From assembly GCA_964016885.1 (NCBI GenBank), contig OZ024745.1:53692001-53756000 (forward strand): a stretch of DNA of 64,000 nt, given 5' to 3'. The translations under genes and the position numbers were made by a program. The notes below the pieces were generated by a model that worked only from the letters and a program-made list of their open reading frames with translations, did no database searches and was not told the DNA's origin. How positions within the stretch are numbered: position 1 is the stretch's first letter; every line of letters begins with the position of its first letter. Origin of the DNA: Eledone cirrhosa. Lineage: Eukaryota. Of the stretch, positions 40,547 to 52,930 are shown piece by piece.

Positions 40547-41611
40547 CTGAAAAATACAAAAGATAGAAATCCCTGAATTGATAAAGGAAACAAAAAAAAA
40601 AAAAAAGTTAAATGTCGCTTCTAACATATATAATTAAATTGCATGCACAAAAAATCATATAATTAGAAAAATATGATTCAAGATATGTATAATTAAATAT
40701 TGAGCCTAAAGTCTCATCGAAACAACTTAGTTTATACCATGCGCCATTAAGTGGTAGGGTACATGACTCCCACTGCAACAAGAAACTAAGCTGATGTTAG
40801 TAGTTATTTCTCATCCCCACACCAAACTGAATGGATTAGAATGTGAAATGTGAGAGCCTGGCTCAATAACACAATGTGCAGCCCACACTGGGGAGCAATC
40901 ACAGAACCCTGCAATTGCAAGACCAACAGCCTAACCACTAAGCTGCAATGTTCAGCAAAACGTGTACAAAGATAAACAAGACAGCAGTAAATGATAAAAA
41001 AACATGCATGACTATATTTTGGCTATCAATAATGACAAATGAGCTAATATAAAATATAAAGATGCTGACTGATTTCTTAGAAGCTACTATTTTTTTAAAT
41101 CTTTTCATTAAAAGAAAATCTTTACTGTGCTGCAGATAAAAGGCAAACAATTTAAGGCAAAATATTTGTGATATATATATTTTATTCTCCAATTTTCATT
41201 ACAAAAGTGGAAAGTAAATTAAACCTTTGCCTACAAAACACCATAACATAAGTTGGCTGGATTTCTAATGGCTATCCCAATAACAAATTGTATAAGGTCA
41301 GTCAGTTCTTGACAGGGAACAAAATCAGAGCTATAAAACATTTAAAAAGTTATAGGGAAAGGGATATTTGATAGGCAAAGTCTCAATTGGTGCTTGTTTC
41401 TCTTTAACGGCATACATACACACGGTAGTGTATCAGTATTTTATATACATTTTTAAAAATCCATTTTGTAGATTCTGAGTGACCCATAGAGTTGAGTAGC
41501 AGTGAAAATCCTAAGGTTTTCAAGATAAAAACAGCAGCAAATTTTCATGCAACAAGTGAATGAAGGAAGTATAAAGCCAATATTGCAAACAGGACTGAAA
41601 TGTATGCCAAC

Positions 41612-41651
41612 CTGTTGATGAAGGTTTCATTTTAGTCCAGCATCTTCATAT
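41612..41651 (-). CDS. Candidate 40-nt alternative exon of TIA1 (DMKMLD*)
   Basis: tttatttttattttcag acceptor, weak CAG|GTTGGC donor; in-frame TAA. Confidence 0.42.
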
Positions 41652-42625
41652 CTGAAAATAAAAATAAATTAACATAAATGTCATACACTTTAAAATTTTC
41701 CTTAAGAAAGGTTGTTCAAATATAAAATTATAATTGAAAAATCCTATTTGCAAAAGTGAAAATGGGAATTGGGTAGAGAATGTGTTATAATTTGGACAAA
41801 GACCTGATTGAGGAGTGGCGTTATTATAACAAATTATAACAAATTATAATGAACAAACCAGCATTAAGTAAAAGACAACCAACTACAAGCCACAGGAAGC
41901 ACCTTTACCCCAAAAAACAGTCAATGTCTTAATGAGAATCTTAAGTCTGCTGACTCCTTATATTTAGATGTTTGAACCTAACATGCTATTGTTTCAGGAT
42001 GTAGTAAAGCAGCCATTTTATTAGAATTATGCAAACAAAAAAAAAAAAATTCTTGAAAGCAAAAAAACCTTTGTGAACCAAACATGCACCTCATCCATAA
42101 TTTAATATTAGAAAATTATTTTATCAGAAATGTATATACTACTGAAGAAAGAAAAACAACAGGACATTCTATAGAAACTTATGAGTAAAAAGCAACAAGG
42201 GAATAGACACTAACTTGACTATTCCATTTCCATTTTTTTTAAAATAACTATCATTTTTTAAAATAAAATTGTTTACAACTGATAAAAATTGAATTGCATG
42301 ATCCACTAATCCCACAACCACCACCATTATTATTTAATTCTATATTGAAAAACCAAGAGATAAATTTGTGAGACAAAGAAAAACTACAGCAATGTTAGTA
42401 ATGCCAAGCCAAACACTGACTACAATGAATTTCTATACAGTGAGTAGTGAGATGTTATCAAAATTCAACAAATATTTGTTTTTCAACAAATTGCATCCAA
42501 AAGTACTTTGTGGAAAAAGAATAAAAATAATATTTAAAAAAAAAGTTAAATAAAAAGTCCATCTAACAAATCAAGTTCTGAAAATGTTAATGTTGTTAAA
42601 GAAGACAAAATCTGGATATGCTTAC

Positions 42626-42667
42626 TGTTGACCATCAGAACCTAATTGTCATCTTCCAAGTAGCTAT
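42626..42667 (-). CDS. Candidate 42-nt alternative exon of TIA1 (DSYLEDDN*)
   Basis: ttcatttttccag acceptor, A|GTAAGC donor; in-frame TAG at 42642-42644 when spliced to the exon ending at 46295. Confidence 0.5.
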
Positions 42668-43951
42668 CTGGAAAAATGAACAACATTTCAACTAGACATT
42701 GTTGAAATCATGCCACAAAATCGACAGTGATGGGTGAAAAAGATCAAGAGGGGTCTGGGAAGTAGAACATTATTCCAATGACATCTAAATATATAAGACT
42801 GATTAAGCTAGCAGATTAGTATCAAAACCAGAATATATCACTTTCAAACAATTACAAATGGCACACTAAAGTAGTATTGTTCTCAAATGAAAAGGTTCAC
42901 AGAAAAAAAAAAAATTAAATCTAAAACCTCATTAGTTTGGAATGGTCTTATTGTGAAAATAACTGGTTTTTCCTTATATTTTCAATATTCTATTACATGG
43001 AAAATTATATAATGCATTTATGTGACAATTTTCCCATCAATGTTTTCATGGCCATTTTCTCAAAAGTTTCTTTAATCTAGTTTTATGAGTTGATTACATT
43101 TTGTTCATACATTTGTTTAATAACAGTTGAATTCTTAAATGTCCTGTGGAACAAAACTAATTAAAACTGCAAATGAAACATGCAACTTTATCTAAATAAA
43201 ATATAAAAGGCACCTGCAATTACACAACTGAAAACTTCCACATTAACTTTTAACATAAAATGTCATTATTATTATTATTATTTAGTAAACAGATGTTAGT
43301 AATAAGCCAGTTAATTATTCTTAAAAGCATGGACTGGCGTGCTTCCAATATTGAAAGGAAATGGGATTCTATATTTTAGACTTGGCTAGCCTTTTATTTG
43401 AAATACTGCAACCTATTAGAAGAAATAATAAACAAAAAAACAAATGCCATAAAAAAAACAAAGGTCATCCCATTTTTTCCTTGTGTAAAATGCATATAAT
43501 GAAGCTTTTTCAGAATTTATCAATTGGTCAGACAATTCAGAAAATATAAAAAAAATTGAAGGGGAAAAAAAAAAAAAAAAAAAAAAGGAGATACTTCCTC
43601 CATCAATATATCCATACTTCCATCAATTTAATGCTACCCAAAAATTTTGTATTTGGTTTTTATTTTAAATATATACCCCGTTCCCCTCAATTTACCAGAT
43701 AAATAAGTAAAAAATGTAAATCAAATGCTAAACAATGTATCTGATGTAATGTGATTAACATATGCAAGATATGTTTGTTAAAAGCTAAACTGCATAAAAT
43801 ATTTTGATGTGTACCTATTAAAAAGTAAAGAAAAACTATCCAGATAGTAAAACCAAATTCAGAATAAATCTAACCAAAATCTTAGATACTATGGCTGAAA
43901 AAGCTATAAAGTGGTAGAAAGAAGAAAAAAAGTATATAAAAATCTTCCAAC

Positions 43952-44039
43952 CTGCTGTCAGCCATTTTACCTCAGCGCCTGAGGGCATGATGCCAGAATG
44001 CTTGCAATCATGGGATGAAAAGGGGATGAGATATCACCC
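43952..44039 (-). CDS. Candidate alternative stop-containing cassette exon of TIA1 (GVISHPLFIP*), two possible donors
   Basis: CTGAC branch-like motif, pyrimidine tract and ctag acceptor. Donors GAG|GTAAAA (exon end 43971) and CAG|GTTGGA (exon end 43952). TGA at 44008-44010. Confidence 0.4.
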
Positions 44040-45111
44040 CTAGCAAATGGAAAAATTTAATGTCAGCAACAAATAGTCGGGTATTGAGTTCAATGAACAG
44101 AAGGATGAAGCTAATATCAAACATAGCTGTCCCCGATTATGTAGCCTAGTGTATGACAGTGTTTCAGAGCACTGAAGGGAATTTCTCAGCACTGCTATGT
44201 AACAGGCAGGGTAGAGACTAATAAGCAGCTGATAAAAGCAGCTCTCATCATAGTGAAGGTCAAAAGCCACAGAACTGCATCTTTGGAAAGCTATTTAAAA
44301 CAATTCTGAACTCAAGACAAGACCATTAGAGAAACAAATGTTAGTATCACATTATAACCACTATGTTCACTGTATAAAAGACAATAAAAGCAGGTGTTTC
44401 AAAAAGGGGGTGGAGGAGACATTGCAATCTAATCTGTACAATTGTTACCCTTAATAGAACTAAGCCTTATTGGAACCTATTGCAGTAAATTCAGTTGTTC
44501 AATCTTGTTTTAGAACTAATTCAAAACAGAAATCATAGGAAGTGCAAACTAGAAACATAGATGCAAATGGGAATATCTGCTAAAATGCTGATTGTTGTGT
44601 ATTTTGGAAGGAAAGGGGGCAAACATGGAAATACAAAAAGAAAGAGGTTAGTGTTATCAGTTAAAATGGAATGGGGGTTGAGAAAGCGATATAACATTCT
44701 AAATGCCAGTCGTGAGCACTGCAATTGACAGTGGCATTATATAGTTGCCATTTAATTCCAATAGACTACCAACTGCCCGACTATGTTTAGATATTAGGCT
44801 AATCCAACTGCTCATTGAGAAAGAAAATGAGATTCTTATTGATTTATATAAATTTACATGCAATAGTCAGAGAAAATATAGAGGTAAAAAACATTTAATA
44901 TGTATCGTTAATTAGTAAATTGTAATGTGAAGAGAAAAAAATGTAAGCAATTACATTTTGGGTGAAGCCCAGATAGAATATTTGAAACATGCAAAGCTGT
45001 TACATTGACAATGTTATGTATTGATAGATTAAAAATTAAAAATTCATTTAAACTGTCTTTTAACAGTAAAAATATACCCATTTTTTTCTACTCCATGAGA
45101 CAAATGGTAAT

Positions 45112-45177
<66 letters not shown>

Positions 45178-46294
45178 CGCGCGTGCATGTGTGCGTGTGT
45201 GCGCGTGTGTGTGTTTAGATAATTTAAAAGTTCTTAACCACTTCACTGTGTCTGCATCTAAATGGTATGCAGGCCCTGCCAAACAAGTTTGCTTTGCAAT
45301 TATGAAACCTTGGGTTTAATCTCGCTGCACTGACCATTGTGAGTGAAACTGGGTACACTGAAACTGCATTAGTCAATCAACTGAACAGTCTTATCTCGAA
45401 GTCTTGGGTTTAATCTCACTGCACTAACTCTTGAGAGCGAAACTGGATACACTGAAACTATTAGTCCATCAGAAAGAACAGGCTCATCACACTGATTCTG
45501 CCTGAGGATTATGTGAAGTAGTATGTGCCATATTATACCACTTACACTAAGATTCAATGAGTAAGCAATCAAACAACTGGAATACCTGTTGTTGAAACCC
45601 ATCAGAGGACTGACTTTTTGTAAGCTAGCAAACTAGAATACTGAGTATAAACTATATAAAATTTTTAAATGTTTTTTTTCCATCTTTTATCTAAAGTAGG
45701 CCTCACACTAAACTAGCTAAATTTCACTTGTGACTTTCAATTGATTGAAAAAAAAAAAAGGTCAGGGAATGGGATGGCAAAATATTTGGATGTAATGAAT
45801 GAAGGGAAGAATGAAAGGAATATTTTGTTATGCATGCAGGTCAAGATCTGTATTCACAAATTTCAAAAGGGAAGAGGTGTGATAGAAAACCAATTAATAC
45901 AGGAGTTAGTAGAAAAATATAACAAATGTAAGAGGGGGGAAAAAACATTTTTTAGAAGTTATTTATAAGTAACAAAATGCTTAGCAAATTCAGGGCATTA
46001 ATACTTTTCTTTTTTCAGATGAAATAAAATAGCAAACAAAAACTGGGTTGAACTTATTAAACAAAGTATATTCTTTAGAAAAAGTACAACCAACAAAAGA
46101 TGAGGTAATATAATTTAGCAATATTTGAATTTGTTTGGGGGATTTAATGTTAAAATTTTTTTTTTTTTGTTGTAATACAAAATAAAAAAAAATAAATTAT
46201 ATGCTCTGTTTATAGAAATAAATTATCTTTAATAAGATAGGAAGGAGGGTTATGTAGCTAAAGAAAAATATGCACAATTTATGTAAATACATAC

Positions 46295-46407
46295 CCTGCT
46301 GCAGAGGATAGCCAAGCATAGTTTGCTGCTGACCATTAAATTGCTGCTGTTGCTGGCCAGGCTGCAGGGGAATTTGGCCCCATTGCTGCATTGCAGGAAC
46401 ATTCATC
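46295..46407 (-). CDS. TIA1: TIA1/TIAR coding exon, prion-like domain (GMNVPAMQQWGQIPLQPGQQQQQFNGQQQTMLGYPLQQ)
   Basis: tttctctgtgcag acceptor, G|GTATGT donor; 113 nt, ends in phase 1. Confidence 0.92.
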
Positions 46408-46805
46408 CTGCACAGAGAAACAAAGACAAGATAAAATAAGTTTTCAATTACCATGATAATTCTTTTTTGTCAGTTGTTTTAAAATACATTGAAACTGCAT
46501 TGCATTGATTTTATGTACTTTAGAAGTTCAATCAGATGTGGTCGCCTTCACACTAGCTGGAATGTTTGGACCCAAAACAAACAATCCATGCTTTGCCATG
46601 GATACCAGCATCATAGAAGTTCTCTATTCCTTTTAAGATTGGGCAATATTGTGCAAAACAAGCATGTAAATTTCCAGCTAACATCAGAATGTTTTTTAGA
46701 AATGGAACTGGTTGTTTATCTCAAAAAAATCTGAAAGCAGTCATTTTTATTTACTTGCAATTTCCTTTGACAATTTAAATGGAAGCTATAAAAAGGTTCA
46801 CTTAC

Positions 46806-46957
46806 CCAGCATATGCTTGATAGTTATAACCTGCCCATTGATTCATTCCTCCTTGAACATAGCTGCTCTGGGCCATATTTTGATATGGATAACCCCAATA
46901 ACCCATGTTTCCATAAAACTGACCATAGGCTGAAGGGGAGGAGAAAGGCTGCTGCTG
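46806..46957 (-). CDS. TIA1: TIA1/TIAR coding exon, prion-like domain (QQQPFSSPSAYGQFYGNMGYWGYPYQNMAQSSYVQGGMNQWAGYNYQAYA)
   Basis: Q/Y/G-rich low-complexity peptide. Polypyrimidine tract with (CAG)4 acceptor, GTAAGT donor; in frame. Confidence 0.92.
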
Positions 46958-47805
46958 CTGAAAAGAAAAGAAAATTATATTTACCATATATAATCGAATG
47001 AGGTGCTGAATTGGCAGCCGTTAGAACATCAGATTACCTGTTTCGGCTTTCTGAGTTCAAATCTCGCAGGTCAAATTTGCTTTTTACCATTCGAAATCGA
47101 TAAAAAAAAAAAAAAAGTACCAGTCAAGTACTGGGGTCAATTCTTTCTTTATATCTCTTTCTCTGCCATTACCTCACTCTTTATCCTTCTCTGGACCTGG
47201 AGAAGTTTGGACTCCACCAGGTTTAAAAATGTCCTAGAAATGCTGTATGTTAATACGGCAACCCTATAACTTCCTTGGGTGCATGCATATAATCTAATAT
47301 AAGTTGAACCTGTATTTTATACCTGAGAAATGTATAAAATCCAAACCTTGTGTATAAGCAGAGGCAGCTAATCAACATGTTTAGATGGTACGGTTTTGAA
47401 ATTCTCATAAGAGGAGAACATATTTAAGCTTTGATGTTTTGATTTTTCTTTTTTTAATGTTTCGAGTAGTTTTTGTTTTACACCTCCATTAGATAATGAT
47501 TTATATATATTTTTTTTATTTCTGGCCATTTTGAAGCCATTGAAAACACATACACAAATTTCATCTCTAAAATGAGACTGATGTAATATTCACCCGCAAA
47601 GCAAAACTATTTTAAGACCTCATTTATGTAGAGTTATAATTAGGTAACACTTTTGAATTCAAATTGACAAAGAAAAGTATACATTCTTGAAGAAGGTGAC
47701 TGTCCCACTAGTCTAATAAATTGTGAAAAAAGTGCTCTTTATGATATTGAATTACTATTTAAAAAAAAAAAAAAAAAAAAAACTGAAAACAAATAATAAA
47801 CATAC

Positions 47806-47944
47806 CTCATTAGTGACAGTTGGCTGACTGCTTTGGTTAGGATCATTAGATTCTTTACCCCAGGAGCACTTCACAGGCTGATCAGCAATCACATTGCCAT
47901 GGACACCACAAATTGCTTGAGCAGCAGATTCCTTTGAAGAAAAT
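47806..47944 (-). CDS. TIA1: TIA1/TIAR coding exon, end of RRM3 (FSSKESAAQAICGVHGNVIADQPVKCSWGKESNDPNQSSQPTVTNE)
   Basis: ESAAxAI and VKCxWGKE motifs of TIA1 RRM3. AG acceptor, GTATGT donor; 139 nt. Confidence 0.95.
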
Positions 47945-50040
47945 CTTGAAAGGAAGAGATCAAAACACTTGATTTAAATAACTAATTTTTCTACCACCAT
48001 TTTCAAAAAAAAAAAAAACAATTATTTAACAGTCACTTTTCCATGCGGGTATGGGTCAGGCAGTTTGTAACAGGCTAAGTAGGTACTTAATTAGAGCTTG
48101 TGACTTCCAAGATGAGTCAAGACACACTTCTAATACATTCAATTTTTGTCAAGGTGTCCAGAAATGGATGTCTTTCCAAATACTAACCACTTTACAAAGT
48201 ATATTTGATCATGGTACTAGCATGAGGAAAGTTCTCATGCCCTTGTAATATAATGAATACTTTCTAATACTATATAAAAAATATGTCTAATATATTTCAA
48301 GTTGCACATTTCAAAATGTCCAAATTTCACTGCTTGGTGGCCGAGAAATAAGAATAAAGAACTGTTATAATCATTTGCTATAAGATTAACTTATACAAAA
48401 TACAGAGTTAATACATTTTTATCTTCATATATGCTACTCATACTATTATGAATTTGTCTAATCTAAAGTCTTTCTCAAGCACAGTGCTTATCCCAATTCC
48501 CTTGGTTTTAAGCGATTGACAGGACAAGACTCAGACTTGGGCCCCGCTGTCTAAATTTACCCTCCACCTGGGTTCTTGAGCAAAATGAAATAGTTGCATA
48601 CACAGCTCAAGAGTAATGAATGAAGGCAAACTAATGGACAGAATCAACACATGGCACAGTAAATGCATCTGCTCATCCTTCAGCTAAATTTACATAATGT
48701 CCACCACCCAATTTGTTCACCTGAATTGCTACTTCAGCACTTTCACCAATTTCATTGTTCGAAGCACTCTCATAACTTAATAAACACCAAGGGTTTCGCA
48801 TTTATGTAGTATGTAATAGATACATCGGCTTCAAAGGAGCTCTACTCTCCATCTTAGTATAATTGTGAATAAAATGTATGAACAATGAGTGAAGGGGCTT
48901 ATTCAGAGTCAACTTAATACTATACCAAAATGCTCTCATTATCGCATATGTAAAGATTAGAGAATATGCTAAATGGCTAATTTCACTTTCAAATATCAAT
49001 TTCAAACTTAAATGTAGAGTGAATTGACAATACCAGACTGACTGAATGTATAGGATTATGTTTAGAATTAAGGACACAATATATCATATAATTATAAAAT
49101 GTTTTATTTTGTACTTATTTACACTAAAAATGTTTAATTTCAGAATATAAGAATGGCAGAAATTTGTGTATAATTTCACATAGCCTACAAATAAAGCAAG
49201 CAAATTTATTGCTAAAATCTAAGGAATTCTAAAAAAAAAAATCAATAATTTAAGGGCAACTTGTACTACATCTAGGATAGTACAGAACTTAAATGGAATA
49301 CAAACTAAATGTATATTTAATTACCAATAAAGTAAATACGGCTCAATAGGAGTACATAAACTATTGTTTTATGGACAGAACCTATTGTTTTATGGACAGA
49401 ATAAGAAATGTCAAACTTTAACCCTTTCATTTTCCTATTTTTAATGAAAAACACAAGGAATAGAAAATTGGGAGATATTTAGTAAAATAACTTTGTTGTT
49501 AAGATGATTTGTGGAACACAACAAAAAGTTCTTAGATAAAAGCAGTTTTCTCATAGAAACTGAACCATTTCCAGGCACATTGGTATCAAAAGGGTTAACA
49601 AAACTAGGTTTGTAGATTATCAGATTGTTTGTGACATACAGACATGTTTCTGTAATACGTAATAATACATGTGTATAGGTGTATATGATGTCTGATATGT
49701 GAATGTATATATTAAGATGCAGCAAAACTGTAACACGAAAAAATACAGCATGCTTATGTACAAATATAGACAAACAGAACGCAAGATTCTGGTACAAATG
49801 AAGGCACTTTAGAAACCCCACTACATTGTGTTCCATGAATTCTAAATACAAAATTTTAGAACACTTTTGATAGATCATAATATTCACGTGTGCCAGAGAT
49901 AAAGAATGTTGTAGTTATATCGATTACACATCATGTTTAAACGCCACTACAAATAACCAATATGATAAGACTAGTTACAAAAGTAAAGCCAACACATTTT
50001 AAATAAACAAATCTTAAATCATTTAAAACAATAAACTTAC

Positions 50041-50125
50041 CGAATGAATGCATAACCTTTATCTTTGAATACACGAATTTCATGAATTACTCCATATGAA
50101 TTGAAAGTCTTCCTCATCAGCTCCT
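50041..50125 (-). CDS. TIA1: TIA1/TIAR coding exon, RRM3 (EELMRKTFNSYGVIHEIRVFKDKGYAFIR)
   Basis: Contains RNP1 KGYAFI. ttccag acceptor, GTAAGT donor; 85 nt; 109-nt intron separates it from the previous exon. Confidence 0.96.
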
Positions 50126-50234
50126 CTGGAAAGCAAATTGTATTTTTTAGTTCAGAATAAAAACCCAGAGAGTGAGCCATCTGGTCAAATATGTTAAATA
50201 TTAAGGTCTGTAGTTAAGAATGACAGAAACTTAC

Positions 50235-50327
50235 CTGTAAGACCCTGAGAGATACCACCACAGTAAACTGTACAGTTGGTGGGACTGGACTGGTTGTAAA
50301 CTTCTTCATAAGATAGCTGCTTTGTAT
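50235..50327 (-). CDS. TIA1: TIA1/TIAR coding exon, linker and start of RRM3 ([31 protein letters not shown])
   Basis: Closely matches vertebrate TIA1 [27 protein letters not shown] acceptor, GTAAGT donor; 93 nt, frame consistent with neighbouring exons. Confidence 0.96.
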
Positions 50328-51090
50328 CTTAAAATAATAAAAAGCATTGCAATCAGTAAATAGCTATGAAGGAAAAAAAATATATATCTGTTAGACACGC
50401 AGTGACTAACAACAGAATGTTTAAGTCTGCGTGTTCTGACATATATGCGTAGCTTGTGAATAAAAATTTCAAGGTGATCCCTCCCAAACATGTTTTGTAA
50501 TGTATCATCTTATTGGCTAATCAACCAATGAGTAATTGTTGCTCAAAAGCATCCAGTAATTTGTTTGCACGTTTATTTATCGTTTCGCTTTGAATCTTCC
50601 TCCTGTATTTCGTCGTTTATCATCAAAATATTTTTCTCGTTTTGGTAAGTTATATTGTTAATTTATATACGATTTTTTAAAATTTATACTAATTTTTTTT
50701 TTTTTCCAGTTCGTTATAACATGCTTTATAATATTGGTTGTATCATATTTACTTGTATATTTGTCCATATTATTGTTCGTTTTATGTTAGATTATTTTAT
50801 TATTATGTTAGATTATTTTTTTATTATTATGTTAGACTATTTGTATGTAATATTTTATTTTTATTAATTCAACTATAACAATTATTATGTAAAATATATT
50901 TATTTAATATTGTTTTTTGTAGTTGTTTATATTAAAAGTCTGAAAATATTTTTATACATCTTACAATAATATTTATAAGATCATTTATAAAATAACAATT
51001 ATATAATCTAATTACATTACAACGATAATTTATTATTAATATATATCATGTTTAACTAGAGTTATTACAAGCGTTGCCTTAAAAGATTTT

Positions 51091-51587
51091 AAACTAGACC
51101 TGAAAAATGCACAAGCTCAAAAGAGCCACAAAATGTTATAATAAACCTTCAAAAGTGTGCGACTAGAGTTGTTGCTCAAAAATATTGTAATCATTATCTA
51201 TCGTTCACTCTGTGGCATCCTTTTATAAAAAAGAAACTCATAACGAACTCAAGACGACACGATAATTATTTAAGTGAATTTATAATATAGAATTCGGTTT
51301 AAGTGCATTTCGTATTAATCATTACTAAACATCTACTATGAGATATTGAACATTAACTTAAATAATTATCGTGTCGTCTTGAGTTCATTATGAGTCTCTT
51401 TTTTATAAAAGGATGCAAACCCATGCAAGCGTGGAATATGGACGTTAATCGATGATGATGATGCCAGAGAATGTACGATAGATAATGATTACAATATTTT
51501 TGAGCAGCAACTCTAGTCCCACACTCTTGAAGCTTTATTATAACATTCTGTGGCTCTTTTGAGCTTGCGCATTTTTCAGGTTTAGTA
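51091..51587. repeat. Inverted repeat with ~185-bp arms (51091-51275 and 51355-51587)
   Basis: Arms align as reverse complements with scattered mismatches. The right arm carries a ~46-bp insertion. Confidence 0.9.
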
Positions 51588-51811
51588 TATGTATATGTGT
51601 GTGTGTGTATACACACACACACAAGGTTGCTCCGTTCATTGAAGAATTTAGGAAAAGACACAAGTTATGAGAGAAGCACTTTGAGAAAAAATTTGAGACT
51701 TGACACATCTACACAATGAATCCACCGTTAGTGATAATGAGTGCTTTAATAATATAAGGGCTGAAACAGGCTCAATTGATTTTTATCTATTTTGGACATT
51801 CTGCTAGTTAT

Positions 51812-51845
<34 letters not shown>

Positions 51846-51846
<1 letters not shown>

Positions 51847-52165
51847 CAATGCAGTGGATGTGCAATGTAAACATGAGAGAAAGGCAGAGCTTGGATGAAC
51901 TAAGAAAGAAACTGGGTCTCAGAGGAACCCTTTGTAGTGTGCAGAAGAGAAGACTGTATTGGTACGGACTTGTGATATGCATGGATGATGACCAATTGGT
52001 GAAAAAGTGCCATGAAATTCCTGAGGAAGGATGTCATAGTAGAGGTAGATCAAGATCTGGACTGAGGTAGTGAGGGTTAACCTCAAATCATTGAGACTCA
52101 GAGATGAATAAGAAACGCGGCGAGTGGAGAGATGCTGTGCTGAGAAGAACCATCCAACCCACGGA
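51846..52165 (+). mobile_element. RTE-clade LINE 3' fragment
   Basis: WMCNV..ELRKKLG..VQKRRLYWYGLV..VKKC..EG..RGR, typical of the RTE C-terminus. Confidence 0.8.
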
Positions 52166-52636
52166 GGATTTTGGAATGAATTGAAAGTAACAAAGATGGA
52201 GTGTCACCTGCTATTTTATCTACCTGACCTAATATTTTGGGAATAAAAAAACTAGGTCAGGGTCATGCTATGATTGTCATTACCAGTTCGACAATTTTCC
52301 TTCCGTTGTTTGTTAAGTGGTGGTCTATTTATAGCTGTGGCAAGTGACGTATGCAGACTGATGAGTGTAATGTTGTCTAGGCGTGTTCCTGTCAAAATTT
52401 GTGTGCTTTTGCTTGTTTTTATGTCAGTTTTATTTCAATGCATATGTTGTGTCAAGTTGCAATTATATTGGATAGTTTAGCTATTCTGGATTGAGCTGTG
52501 TGTTAGAATGTATATGTCAAATGTTGCGTGTCTAGTTGTAATTGTTTTTTACAGTAGCCTATTCTACTTGTGCATTATTATGCCACAAATTATGTGTGTG
52601 TGCGCGCTTTTATGTTGAGTATTGTGTACTGACAGA

Positions 52637-52930
52637 GGTGCATGGCTTAGTGATTAGAGCATTGGGCATGAAATTGAGTTGCGAGTTTGATTCTTGAACC
52701 GAGTGATGTGTTGTGTATTGAGCAAGACACTTTATTTCATGTTGCTCCAGTTTACTCAGCTGTAGAAATGAGGTGTGACGTCACTGGTGCCCTAACAGAA
52801 GCAGAGTGACTGGTATGCATGGGTGACTATTGGTCTTCCAGCAAAAAACTTTATCCGACTTTGTGCCTCGGAGGGAAATTTTCCAGGTGCAAAACCATGG
52901 CTATTAGTGACCAATGGGGGCTTTTCATGT
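52637..52930 (+). mobile_element. tRNA-derived SINE, same head and core, different 3' body
   Basis: A and B boxes, gagcaagacactttatttcatgttgctccagtttactcagctgtagaaatgag. Confidence 0.8.

Noticed and set aside
40408-40593. 61-aa ORF overlapping the last TIA1 exon
   Set aside because: Wrong frame for the phase-1 junction, and it starts in the intron.
43360-43420. Fourth possible TIA1 alternative exon (GCSISNKRLAKSKI*)
   Set aside because: The acceptor is plausible but there is no convincing donor; U-rich introns give such acceptors by chance.
44164-44251. Possible intronic C/D box snoRNA (ATGATGA ... CTGA, minus strand)
   Set aside because: No terminal stem in the kink-turn register and no recognisable rRNA guide.
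45310-45470. ~95-bp tandem duplication in the TIA1 intron
   Set aside because: Looks like a local duplication in decayed SINE-like sequence, with no structure or splice signals.
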